Shown one piece after another: positions 17,919-27,192 of a stretch of 64,000 nucleotides of DNA (its first letter is position 1; the number at the start of each line of letters is the position of its first letter). Location of the stretch: positions 4,646 through 68,645 of IMG/VR virus record IMGVR_UViG_3300025876_000018. One strand, given 5' to 3'. The DNA is from a virus. The position numbers and the translations under genes are program-made. The notes under the pieces are model-generated. The model did not search any database and was not told the DNA's origin. It saw nothing but the letters and a program-made list of their open reading frames with translations.

Positions 17919-19256
17919 ATGAAAAAAAGATTTAATACTTTGAATGAAGAAATAAAAAGAATGAAGTCTTTGTTTACGGAAGAAAGGTTATTCGGTAATC
18001 TAGTTGGTACTGAAGGAGAAAAATATATAACAGAAGGTTCATTAAAAAATGGGTCTAAAGGAGAAGGTGTAAAAGCACTACAAACCCTTCTAGGTGTAAA
18101 ACCAGTCGATGGTAAATTTGGTCCGAATACAAAAAAAGCATTAGAGAAATTTCAAAAAGAAAATAATTTAACACCTGACGGTATTGCAGGACCTAAGACT
18201 TTAGAGGCTTTTAATAAAAAAGCTGGATTAGTTAATGAAAGTGGACCCATCACTACACATGGTATGATGGACGCCATTAAAACAATAAACAAAGTAATTG
18301 CTAACAAAACCGTTGACGTTGAGTCATTGTCGAAAAGCATTGGTATAAAGCCAAATCCTACAGACGGAAACAAAAAGTCTACAGGTGACGGAGATGCTAC
18401 ACTAGATAACCCATTTGCTCAGAAAGGAGATCTAAAAAGTCAGTTAGAGAAAAAAAACAAGGAAGATAAAGATGACGGTAAAACTTCTTCCACTAAAGTT
18501 ACCAAAGGTGAAGACGGTACAGAAACTACAGTTACCAAAGGTGAAGACGGTAAAACTTCTTCCACTAAAGTTACCAAAGGATCTGATAGTGGGAAAGACT
18601 CAGAAACTGGGACATATGATGATCAGAAGGGTGAGGATGATGACGGACCTAAAAAAGCGGGAACAAATAGACAAGGTACAGAGTTTTACCAAAAAGGAAA
18701 AAGAAAAAATACCGTTAAAAGTGTTTTAGCGAGTGTTAAAAGAGATAAGGGTGAAATTAATGATAACGTTAAAGCCTGTAAAAAAGGGATGAAAGAAATT
18801 TATAAACAAACTACTAAAATAGGTAATGCGGAGATGAATTTAACTGATGAGGAATTAAAAGGTCTTGATTGGTGTGTTAGTACATTTAAAAATAGATTTG
18901 GTAAATTAGGTATTGGTATTGGGATGGAAGAAATGGAACAAACTTATGATTTATTAAATAGAGAAATTCCTGAATTGGAATCTTCCGTTGAGGGTGAAAC
19001 ATATGAAGTAAAAGATAGTGGTGGATTAACAGTTGCGAAGTTAAAGATGGTTGGGCCTGGTAAGTATAAGTTTAATGGTAGAAAGGGTTATACTATCGCA
19101 TCTAAAAATAGGAAAAGTGGTAGAATGCAAATTAATAATGATTTTAAGGAATATTTTTTAAAGACATTACAAAAAGATCCTAGTACTTATAAAGTTGTAA
19201 CATTACATAAAAAAACGGGTAAAAACAATGGTTTTTTCGCAATAAGAAAAAAGTAA
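17919..19256 (+). CDS. Leader-bearing protein with a peptidoglycan-binding (PG_binding_1-like) domain and a low-complexity linker
   Basis: Leader LNEEIKRMKSLFTEERLFGNLV, then LKNGSKGEGVKALQ..L....DGKFGPNT..AL..FQ....L.PDGIAGPKT. Confidence 0.8.
   Translation: MKKRFNTLNEEIKRMKSLFTEERLFGNLVGTEGEKYITEGSLKNGSKGEGVKALQTLLGVKPVDGKFGPNTKKALEKFQKENNLTPDGIAGPKTLEAFNKKAGLVNESGPITTHGMMDAIKTINKVIANKTVDVESLSKSIGIKPNPTDGNKKSTGDGDATLDNPFAQKGDLKSQLEKKNKEDKDDGKTSSTKVTKGEDGTETTVTKGEDGKTSSTKVTKGSDSGKDSETGTYDDQKGEDDDGPKKAGTNRQGTEFYQKGKRKNTVKSVLASVKRDKGEINDNVKACKKGMKEIYKQTTKIGNAEMNLTDEELKGLDWCVSTFKNRFGKLGIGIGMEEMEQTYDLLNREIPELESSVEGETYEVKDSGGLTVAKLKMVGPGKYKFNGRKGYTIASKNRKSGRMQINNDFKEYFLKTLQKDPSTYKVVTLHKKTGKNNGFFAIRKK
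18474..18580 (+). repeat. Exact 35-bp direct repeat (period 72 nt) encoding DGKTSSTKVTKG twice
   Basis: GACGGTAAAACTTCTTCCACTAAAGTTACCAAAGG at 18474-18508 and 18546-18580. The intervening unit shares GTTACCAAAGGTGAAGACGGTA. Confidence 0.95.
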
Positions 19257-19269
19257 TTAGACTAACGTA

Positions 19270-22200
19270 GTGGGTAAAAAAATTGTTATATCGGAATCTC
19301 AGTATAAACGTGTTTTTTTAAATGAACAAAACACTAATAATAATGTAAATCCTAATGCAATAGACATACAAAAGTATTTAATAAAAAATGGTTATTTACC
19401 CGCATATAGATTAGAAAAAGGTAAATCTATTAGAAATGATGATGGTGATTTTGGAGATTTAAGTGCGGAAGCGTTTGCCAAATATTATTACGGTGATTTT
19501 AATAATATTAAAACTATAGAGGGGTTATATGATAAATTAAAATCTGATGGTTACGATTTAGGTTCTAAAACAGGTAAGATTTTTGGTGTTAAGATGGTAA
19601 AAGTTTTATCTGAAATTATAAATGAGAATAAAACCGATAAAGGTATTTTTAATAAAATATGGGATTCTTGGAAGGATGGAGTTAATTGGTTAGAACAAAA
19701 AAGATTAGATATAAGTAACGTATATTTAAATAAGCATATTAAAACAAATTCTGATGGTCAACAATTTAGAAAATGGGTTTATAAAAATGATGAAAGATTA
19801 AAAAAAGTTAACAATCTTTTTAAAAAATTAGGGTATTCTGAAAAATTTAGTAAAGTCGGTCCGATAGACAATAAATATTTTATGTCTGCATGGTACTTAC
19901 TATATAGTGAATATTTAAAAAATAGTGGGTTATTTCCTGAATATGAAAAGTATTTTTATATACCTGTGGATGGGTATAGTTGGAATATCGAAGAAGATAT
20001 TAATTCTGTAGAAGATGAAAATGGTGATTATATTCAAGTTACAGATGAATATTGGTATTTTGAACCGACAGATAAAAATAAATATAGAAATAGGGGTGGA
20101 TGGTCTACTAGTGAATGGGTTACAAGTTATTCGAAATCGATGGGGGAACAATTGACTGTTCAATCGATGGTACGGTTGGTGGAAAAAAGTTTTAAAAGTG
20201 CACCTGAAAAGGCAGGATATAAAAAAATGTACTGGGTAACTACAATTGGTGGATCAGTTTACGTTCCTCCTGTTAGTTCATATGAATACTTAAACGATCA
20301 AGGTGAATATGAGATAGTTAATGACACAATATCTCAACAGATGATGATGTATTCGTTTGTTGAAAGTCCTTATCCTTTAATTGAACATAATTATAAACGA
20401 TTTGATGATGATACTAATACACCTGTTTTTTGGTCATATGTACCCGATACATTTTATGAACAAGAGTATGAATACCATAAAGAAATTGGGGTGAAAGAAA
20501 AAGAAAGGGATGAAGACAGGGAAAAAGAAAGGGAAAAGGAAAAACAAAAAAACTCCTTATATAGTGATCAGAATACCTTATCAAAGGTTGATGTTGGTAA
20601 TTCTTTGTATTTACCTTTTAATGATATTAATGGTGGAGATGTTAAGAATCCCAGAACTGATAATTTGGCGACAATTAATTTAAATAGTTATATAAATGAC
20701 TATAATAAATGTCTTAACCATTGGAAAAGTGTTAAAGGTACATTTAAATGGAATGGTCAGGTAATTAATATGGATCAAAAACTTTTAGATACCTATAAAT
20801 TTAAAGATATTTACGATAGCAATAAAGATATTTATAATTTTGGGACTTTTGAAACTTTTTTAGAAAATAATGCCACTACTATTTTTAACCCTTCATATAT
20901 TATAAAACTTATTGGGGATATATATGAAAAAGTTTATATTTATGATCCAAATACTATAATGTCTAGAATTTGGACAATAAAATTTTTAGAAGAAAATGGT
21001 TGTCTAACAAATGTAAATTTAAGTGGTGATTATACAGAAAGTGATTTAAAAACTGCATTAAATTATACTTATATAGCGGTTGAGAATGGTGATTGCGCTA
21101 AAGATTCTTTGAATTTAATACAACAACACTATAATAAGAATCAATCTGATTCTGAAAAAACTTTAAACGGTTTGTTAAACCTATTAGAATTTGTTGATCA
21201 ATGGAACAAAAGGTTTTTAAGTCAAAAGAAAGAATATTATAAAGGCGCTTGTGAACAATGGATTAATTCTGGTGGGTCAACATCTTGGTCAAGATTTGTA
21301 ACTTCTTTTCAGGGACCTACAAAATTCATTGGGCAAAAATGGTCTGATTTTTGTCGTTACGAAGGAGGGGGAAATTGGTTATATTACCCACCTAGTTCGG
21401 ATGAATATGGTAACAAAGATTATATCTTAGGTTGTGGTTGTGTAAATATGAAACATAGTAACCCTCAAGGTTTACAAAAACACCCTAACACATTTTTTCT
21501 GTTAAACCCTTTAGCTGGGGGAGATATCCAATTAAGTACAACCAACGCAGAAGAAGGGTGGGGCAACGCAGGGGTAATAGATACAAGACCATTTTCTACA
21601 AAAGCTAAAGAATGGGCGAAGGAATGTAAATCAGATTGGCACTGTTGGGTAGATATTGCGTCGATAGCACTTTCACTAATTGGGTGTGTCTATACAGGTG
21701 CCGTTGGGTGTATAATTAGTGGTGGTAGGTTAATGATTGCGGCAGATACTATTAATGGGTTAGGATATACATATGAAGGTATAACTGACCCTAACAACCC
21801 TAAAAATAATGGTTGGAAATTGAATGCTGCTTTTAGTTTTATGCCAGTTATATTTAAAAGTGTTGGTAAATCTTATAAAATTTTAAAGGGAATACAAAAA
21901 TCAGGTGATTTAAAAACGTTTTCAAAAATAATAAAAAATGCAGAGGGAAAGTATAGTTCTTCTGTTTGGAAGTCTATGTCTGAGGAGGGAAAGAGTAAGG
22001 CAGTTGCGGAAGCATTTCAAGAGAGTTTTAAAGATTTAAGTGGTTCACAACTATCTAAAATGCAAGAAATGTATACTCAAACTTTAAATATACTTAAGAA
22101 CTCTGATTACCAAAAGTTAGTGGCGGCATTGGATGATGTTCCTTATAGTAAAGTTGGAGATTTAAATCAGTTAATGGTATTGGCATCTAAAGACGTTAAA

Positions 22201-22914
22201 GTTTCAAATAACGTACTTAAATTAATAAATGAAGGTAAAACATTTAATGATATTATTAAGATATATAAAATTAAACCTATAATAGATTTATCTAAAGGGG
22301 CAATAACAGATTTCTTATTCCAAAGCACACTATTCGCATTAACACAATTTTATCCTGAACCAGTCGCTAAACTAATTCTTAGTGGTATCCAATCATTTGA
22401 AGATGCAACAGGTGTACCATTAAAAAAATGGTTGGGTGTAAGTACCGATAAAAACCCTGAAGATGACATGTCTAAATCTATACAAAGAGGGATGGGATAT
22501 TTTGAAAATTGGTCAACAGTAACCACTGAAATATCTAACTATTTAAAAAATAGAATATCTCCGTTATTATTGAAATATAAAATTGATATTAGTAGTGGGA
22601 ATATTGAAGATTTTATTGTTAATGGTGTTAATTCTTTATTCGGTGAACCTTTAAATAATTTTAAGGCTAGGTTAGAACTTATAGTAAAAAGAACAGAGGA
22701 AAAAGAAGATGAAAAATTAGGTTTTGATGAGGTTAAATCCTTTTTACAAAAAATGTATGATTCAGAGATTGATTATTTAGAGAGTTATACTAAAGAAGAT
22801 AATGTTATAAAACAAATTAAAAGTGAGAGTGAGAAGAACCCACCTGATGAAGCAACTAAAGATTGGATAAAAACAAATAATATTGATATGGATCAATTTG
22901 ATATAGTATACTAA
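19270..22914 (+). CDS. Large (1214 aa) leader-bearing protein with a degenerate PG-binding region and a hydrophobic Gly/Ala hairpin (putative ejection protein)
   Basis: GTG start; leader IVISESQYKRVFLNE; IQKYLI.NGYL...DGDFG; WVDIASIALSLIGCVYTGAVGCIISGGRLMIAADTINGLGY at ~21645-21780. Confidence 0.7.
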   Translation: MGKKIVISESQYKRVFLNEQNTNNNVNPNAIDIQKYLIKNGYLPAYRLEKGKSIRNDDGDFGDLSAEAFAKYYYGDFNNIKTIEGLYDKLKSDGYDLGSKTGKIFGVKMVKVLSEIINENKTDKGIFNKIWDSWKDGVNWLEQKRLDISNVYLNKHIKTNSDGQQFRKWVYKNDERLKKVNNLFKKLGYSEKFSKVGPIDNKYFMSAWYLLYSEYLKNSGLFPEYEKYFYIPVDGYSWNIEEDINSVEDENGDYIQVTDEYWYFEPTDKNKYRNRGGWSTSEWVTSYSKSMGEQLTVQSMVRLVEKSFKSAPEKAGYKKMYWVTTIGGSVYVPPVSSYEYLNDQGEYEIVNDTISQQMMMYSFVESPYPLIEHNYKRFDDDTNTPVFWSYVPDTFYEQEYEYHKEIGVKEKERDEDREKEREKEKQKNSLYSDQNTLSKVDVGNSLYLPFNDINGGDVKNPRTDNLATINLNSYINDYNKCLNHWKSVKGTFKWNGQVINMDQKLLDTYKFKDIYDSNKDIYNFGTFETFLENNATTIFNPSYIIKLIGDIYEKVYIYDPNTIMSRIWTIKFLEENGCLTNVNLSGDYTESDLKTALNYTYIAVENGDCAKDSLNLIQQHYNKNQSDSEKTLNGLLNLLEFVDQWNKRFLSQKKEYYKGACEQWINSGGSTSWSRFVTSFQGPTKFIGQKWSDFCRYEGGGNWLYYPPSSDEYGNKDYILGCGCVNMKHSNPQGLQKHPNTFFLLNPLAGGDIQLSTTNAEEGWGNAGVIDTRPFSTKAKEWAKECKSDWHCWVDIASIALSLIGCVYTGAVGCIISGGRLMIAADTINGLGYTYEGITDPNNPKNNGWKLNAAFSFMPVIFKSVGKSYKILKGIQKSGDLKTFSKIIKNAEGKYSSSVWKSMSEEGKSKAVAEAFQESFKDLSGSQLSKMQEMYTQTLNILKNSDYQKLVAALDDVPYSKVGDLNQLMVLASKDVKVSNNVLKLINEGKTFNDIIKIYKIKPIIDLSKGAITDFLFQSTLFALTQFYPEPVAKLILSGIQSFEDATGVPLKKWLGVSTDKNPEDDMSKSIQRGMGYFENWSTVTTEISNYLKNRISPLLLKYKIDISSGNIEDFIVNGVNSLFGEPLNNFKARLELIVKRTEEKEDEKLGFDEVKSFLQKMYDSEIDYLESYTKEDNVIKQIKSESEKNPPDEATKDWIKTNNIDMDQFDIVY

Positions 22915-22927
22915 TGAAGAAAATATA

Positions 22928-22986
22928 GAATGGGTAAAAAAAATAACATTAATATGGATATATTTGATGTAGTAGATATTTATTAG
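22928..22986 (+). pseudogene. Degenerate, frameshifted copy of the last ~17 codons of the 19270-22914 gene
   Basis: The gene end DWIKTNNIDMDQFDIVY* is echoed by EWVK(-1 nt)NNINMDIFDVVDIY* in the intergenic space. Confidence 0.6.
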
Positions 22987-23000
22987 GAAAGGTAGTAATT

Positions 23001-23858
23001 ATGAAAAATTTAAATGAGGAAATAAAAAGAATAAAATCCCTTTTTACTGAAGATAGATTATTTGGTAATTTGGTTAATGAGGCAACAAATCCCGATACCA
23101 GTGGTGATGGTAAAATAGATTCTTCAGAATTTACTGCGTCTGGTAATGAAATAGATACAGATGAGGCTATGGAATTTTTAATTGCGTCAGGATACACTGT
23201 TACTAATCCAAATGATGTAGACGAAAAAGTAACTACTTTAGATATTTGTAGTCAAAAAACAAATATGAAATGGGTGTATAAATACTCTAAAAATAAAAAC
23301 CTACTTAATAATAGTGGGGTTCGTAATAATTTTAACGCTACTAATGGTGTTTGTTATTACTACTGGACTGACATTAATAGTCCGACACTAGGGGATTTAA
23401 AAGTTAAAAAAGTAGTTGCTTGGGATGATGATCAGATAACTTTTTACATACAATTACCATACGAAATAAACTTAGAGTCTATGAATGATGCATTAAAGTC
23501 TTTTAATGACTTAACTATGAAAATGAGAACGTTTGTAGAAACGTCAGAGTTATTTCCTGGTAGTATATCAAAACCACCTTTTTATATTAAGTTTAGTGGA
23601 AAGTTAGATTATAATAATATGAAGGTTAGAGATGTGGAATTTTTAAATTTTAGAGATAAAGATATGAAAAAAACTTCATTCAGTAGTACTCTTTTTGATC
23701 AGATTGAGGATAAGGGTTATAACCCTCTAGTTAATCAAAGTGGTCCATCTACTGGTGCTAGAAAATTTAGTTCTTCGATTGGTTTATTAGATATAATTAG
23801 TGAAGTGACTGGGTTGACGGATAGGTTCGTAATAGATAAATTGGTTGATAAATTATAA
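23001..23858 (+). CDS. Hypothetical leader-bearing protein (leader nearly identical to that of 17919)
   Basis: MKNLNEEIKRIKSLFTEDRLFGNLVNE. DTSGDGKIDSSE follows and resembles an EF-hand/dockerin-type DxxxDGxI loop. Confidence 0.8.
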   Translation: MKNLNEEIKRIKSLFTEDRLFGNLVNEATNPDTSGDGKIDSSEFTASGNEIDTDEAMEFLIASGYTVTNPNDVDEKVTTLDICSQKTNMKWVYKYSKNKNLLNNSGVRNNFNATNGVCYYYWTDINSPTLGDLKVKKVVAWDDDQITFYIQLPYEINLESMNDALKSFNDLTMKMRTFVETSELFPGSISKPPFYIKFSGKLDYNNMKVRDVEFLNFRDKDMKKTSFSSTLFDQIEDKGYNPLVNQSGPSTGARKFSSSIGLLDIISEVTGLTDRFVIDKLVDKL

Positions 23859-23864
23859 AATAAT

Positions 23865-26375
23865 ATGAAAAATAGGAAGACATTAAGTATTGATAGTAAG
23901 AATTTTAACCTACTGATTGAACGTATGAATAAAAAATATACATACGAAGAAAGTATAAATAAAATTAGAGATTTAATAGTAGAAGGTCCGGGTAAAAGGA
24001 TTAAAGAACTAATTATGGGTGGTGCTATTCATGTGGATATTCCAATATCTTTAAGAAGGATAAGTAATATTTTTGATGTTAATCGTTCAGTTGATATTGC
24101 TGATATAGATGGTGTCTTAAAAAGGGGTGTTGATGGTATTATAGAGGATTTCAGTAGTATGGGGAAGAATTTGACTCCTCTGGATCAAAAAAGTATTAGT
24201 AATTTATTTTCATATTTAGAAGGTATAAAAAGTGCTAGTGATAATGCAGGTGACGCATTAATAAGCATAAATAAAAATTTAAAAAATGGCACCAATTTAG
24301 ATTTAAACCAAAGAATAGATTTTATTGATGAGGTATATAAAGATAAACCATCGTTATTAGACGAGGTTTATCCAAATAAAACAGATTTAAACAAAGTAAA
24401 AAACAAAAATGGGGAGTTAAATAGTAGGGATGCAATTGAAAGTAGAATTAAAAATAACTTTTTAAGTTTAGATGTTGATGATATTAAATTTTTATATAAA
24501 AATGGTACTTATCGGGTAAGGTTTAACCCTAAAAAATTGTTTAGTAAACTTAATCTTAAAACAGGTGATTTAGTAGTTTGGAATAAAAATTGGGGTAAGG
24601 GAAATTATTATATAATACCTTTTGAAGATACTAACCCTTCAATGATAAAGGATTTGGAGAAAAATGGTTATAAAACGTATACAGAAGCTAATTATACTGG
24701 TATTGAGGGAACTATACCTAAAGGTGGGGAAGTAACCGCCATAACACAAAGCAAAGGCGCTAATTTCTTTTTAAGACTGTTGGTGGGTGCAAATAAAAAA
24801 GGTGGTGTTGGTGGTTTTTGGTTTAGAACTAAGTCAGGAAAACGGTTGTTTCCAGCATATACTTGGGTAGCTTCATCTAAATTAATGTTGTTGATTATAG
24901 AATGTGGGGTGCAGGATATTTTTGACAAACAAAAAATAAATCGTTTAGTATCTGGTGTGGAGAAAGAATACTCTTATACTTTTGCTGATTGTATGTTTGG
25001 TAGTGAATATCAAACTAAAGATGGATTAGTGTCATATGAGCCAGTGTTTTATGCGTGGCATGGATACAATATATTAATACCAGTAACTTTTCAAATTGTA
25101 TTTGGGGTAGCGGGGAAAGTTTTTAAGGAAGTACTTTTAAATCGATTAGAAAATAGAAAGGAGGAGTATATAAATAGGTTTAATAATAAAGTGGATGAAA
25201 TGATGGGGGGATTATCTATTAGGGGGGTGTTAAATTTTGATACTAAACTACAAGTAGAGGGTAGTGTTAATGAATTATTAGAGGATGAAGATGTTACAAT
25301 GTATTTTAAGGTCATTAAATGGGCCACTGGGATTGATTATAATGAGAATGATGTTAAAGAGTTTATTTTAAATACTATTGATGGAATCTCAGAGGCGGAG
25401 CTGGATTCTGAAAAGAAGAGAGATGAGGTTCGTAAGGATATTAATGAAAGGATTGGTAAAGAGATACAAATAAATAATGAAATATCTGTGGAAGGTGATA
25501 CCAATTATGATATTCAAATAGAAAATTTAAAGGAATTGTTCTATGAAAGTGCAAAAATGAAAAAAGGTAAAATTATTAACGAAAAACTAATTGCACATAA
25601 GAAAGAGTATGATGGTGAATCTGAGGAAATGAAAAAATTATGTATAGATTTGGAAGTAATGTTAGATTTATATTCTCTTGAAGGTTGGGAACCTGGTGAG
25701 AGTTTAGAAGGTTTAAGTGACGCCAATTGTATAGACAGTAAAGAAAAGTTGGAGGAGATAATTCTTGTGTTTTCAGAAAAAGAAGCAACAGGATATGAGG
25801 GGTTAAATGAATTTAATAAAGAAATAAATTGTAACTTATTAACCATTAAAGATTCATATAAAAATGGATGTATAAATAATCAAGGTACACAAGTGGTTGA
25901 TGTAAAAAAAGAAAAAATAAATGGGGTAATAACCACAATTACAATACCTGTGAAAGATTATACTTTTCAAGAGGTAAAAGAAGTTTCTGGGGAATATAAA
26001 ATTGTTGCGGGATTTGATGATACAGATTTATTGTTGAAGATGTTATCTATGTCAGGTTCTATTATTAAAGATACTAATAAAGGTATTAAATTTTTAAATG
26101 ATAATGGATTAGAGTATAAGGTAGGGACAAAAGGAATGCCCACTGAAGGAAAATTTTGTGTTAAATTAACGGAGAAAAATCTTAGAACATTAGAAACATA
26201 TGGAAAAGGAGGTTTTTGTGGAGGATCAGCAGATAAAGCAAAATGCATTAACACCTTAATTGAAACAATTAAAAATGATGAATATTTATCACAATCTATG
26301 GACACTTGGAACGGATGTGTTTATGACGATCTATGGACACTTGGAACGGATGTGAATATGGGTGGGAATGAATAA
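23865..26375 (+). CDS. Large hypothetical leader-like protein (836 aa) with hydrophobic segments
   Basis: The N-terminus has LLIE..YEESINKIRDLIVEG. Hydrophobic stretches such as YNILIPVTFQIVFGVAG are present. Confidence 0.75.
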   Translation: MKNRKTLSIDSKNFNLLIERMNKKYTYEESINKIRDLIVEGPGKRIKELIMGGAIHVDIPISLRRISNIFDVNRSVDIADIDGVLKRGVDGIIEDFSSMGKNLTPLDQKSISNLFSYLEGIKSASDNAGDALISINKNLKNGTNLDLNQRIDFIDEVYKDKPSLLDEVYPNKTDLNKVKNKNGELNSRDAIESRIKNNFLSLDVDDIKFLYKNGTYRVRFNPKKLFSKLNLKTGDLVVWNKNWGKGNYYIIPFEDTNPSMIKDLEKNGYKTYTEANYTGIEGTIPKGGEVTAITQSKGANFFLRLLVGANKKGGVGGFWFRTKSGKRLFPAYTWVASSKLMLLIIECGVQDIFDKQKINRLVSGVEKEYSYTFADCMFGSEYQTKDGLVSYEPVFYAWHGYNILIPVTFQIVFGVAGKVFKEVLLNRLENRKEEYINRFNNKVDEMMGGLSIRGVLNFDTKLQVEGSVNELLEDEDVTMYFKVIKWATGIDYNENDVKEFILNTIDGISEAELDSEKKRDEVRKDINERIGKEIQINNEISVEGDTNYDIQIENLKELFYESAKMKKGKIINEKLIAHKKEYDGESEEMKKLCIDLEVMLDLYSLEGWEPGESLEGLSDANCIDSKEKLEEIILVFSEKEATGYEGLNEFNKEINCNLLTIKDSYKNGCINNQGTQVVDVKKEKINGVITTITIPVKDYTFQEVKEVSGEYKIVAGFDDTDLLLKMLSMSGSIIKDTNKGIKFLNDNGLEYKVGTKGMPTEGKFCVKLTEKNLRTLETYGKGGFCGGSADKAKCINTLIETIKNDEYLSQSMDTWNGCVYDDLWTLGTDVNMGGNE
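26294..26354 (+). repeat. Exact 26-bp direct repeat with a 9-nt spacer at the 3' end of the 836-aa gene
   Basis: ATCTATGGACACTTGGAACGGATGTG at 26294-26319 and 26329-26354. The period is 35 nt, so the copies are read in different frames. Confidence 0.95.
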
Positions 26376-26403
26376 AATAATAACAAATAAAAAATAGTTT
26401 TAA

Positions 26404-27192
26404 ATGGAAGAAAATATGAATGACTCATTAATGAGTCCAAACTACATACCTGATGAGTTAAAAACACCTTATGATATTGTAGAGTTACCATCACAGGGTT
26501 TATTATATAAAAATAAAAAAAGTAAAGTTAAAGTAGAATACTTAACCGCTATGGATGAATCAATTTTGACTTCTCCTAATTTATCTAAGAATCCTAATCT
26601 TATGATAAATGTTTTATTAAAAAGAAAAATAAAAGATTTAGGTTTTGATCCTGAAGAATTGTTAGAGGGTGATAGAATCGCACTTTTATTATTTTTGAGA
26701 GTTACGGGTATAGGTGAAAAATACCCCCAAATAGTTTATGATGCAGAGTCAAACGACTTTGTGGAAGGGGAAATTGATTTAACCTCATTGGAACAAAAAA
26801 AATTATTAATAAAACCCGATGAAAGAGGTGAGTTTGATTTTACTTTACCGATAAAAAAACATAAGTTAAAATATAGATTATTAACTTCTAAAGATGAAGA
26901 AGAGATTAGTAAACAAGATGAAAATTTAATGAAAAGAGATCCCGATAAAGTATCTACACTAAATTTACTTAGGTTAGAAAGGTCAATAATGGGAATTAAT
27001 GGTGAAAGAGATAAAATGAAAATTTCTAATATTGTTAAAAATTTACCTCTAATGGATTCTAGGGCAATTAAAAGTCATATAGAAGAAATGGAACCAGGAA
27101 TAATATTAAAAACAGTTGCACGGATTCAGGGGGGAGAATCCGTAGATTGCTTTCTTAGAATCGGAGCGAATTTTTTCTTTCCTAAACTCTAA
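26404..27192 (+). CDS. Baseplate hub / tail assembly chaperone (T4 gp26-like)
   Basis: YDIVELPSQGLLY..VEYLTA.DE.ILTSPNL..LL+RKI..LL.GDR.A+L+FLR..G.G..Y; ends NFFFPKL; lies upstream of the tape measure. Confidence 0.75.
   Translation: MEENMNDSLMSPNYIPDELKTPYDIVELPSQGLLYKNKKSKVKVEYLTAMDESILTSPNLSKNPNLMINVLLKRKIKDLGFDPEELLEGDRIALLLFLRVTGIGEKYPQIVYDAESNDFVEGEIDLTSLEQKKLLIKPDERGEFDFTLPIKKHKLKYRLLTSKDEEEISKQDENLMKRDPDKVSTLNLLRLERSIMGINGERDKMKISNIVKNLPLMDSRAIKSHIEEMEPGIILKTVARIQGGESVDCFLRIGANFFFPKL

Noticed and set aside
18472-18729. Alternative-frame ORF with LPLKLPKVKTV repeats
   Set aside because: It is a by-product of the 72-nt repeat in the overlapping PG-binding gene.
22861-22986. Gene-end / intergenic repeat pair as a DGR variable and template repeat
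   Set aside because: The mismatches are not confined to adenines of the intergenic copy, there is an indel, and no reverse transcriptase is present in the window.
26294-26354. 26-bp repeat pair as a mini-CRISPR array
   Set aside because: Only two copies, a 9-nt spacer, no palindrome, inside a CDS, and no cas genes.
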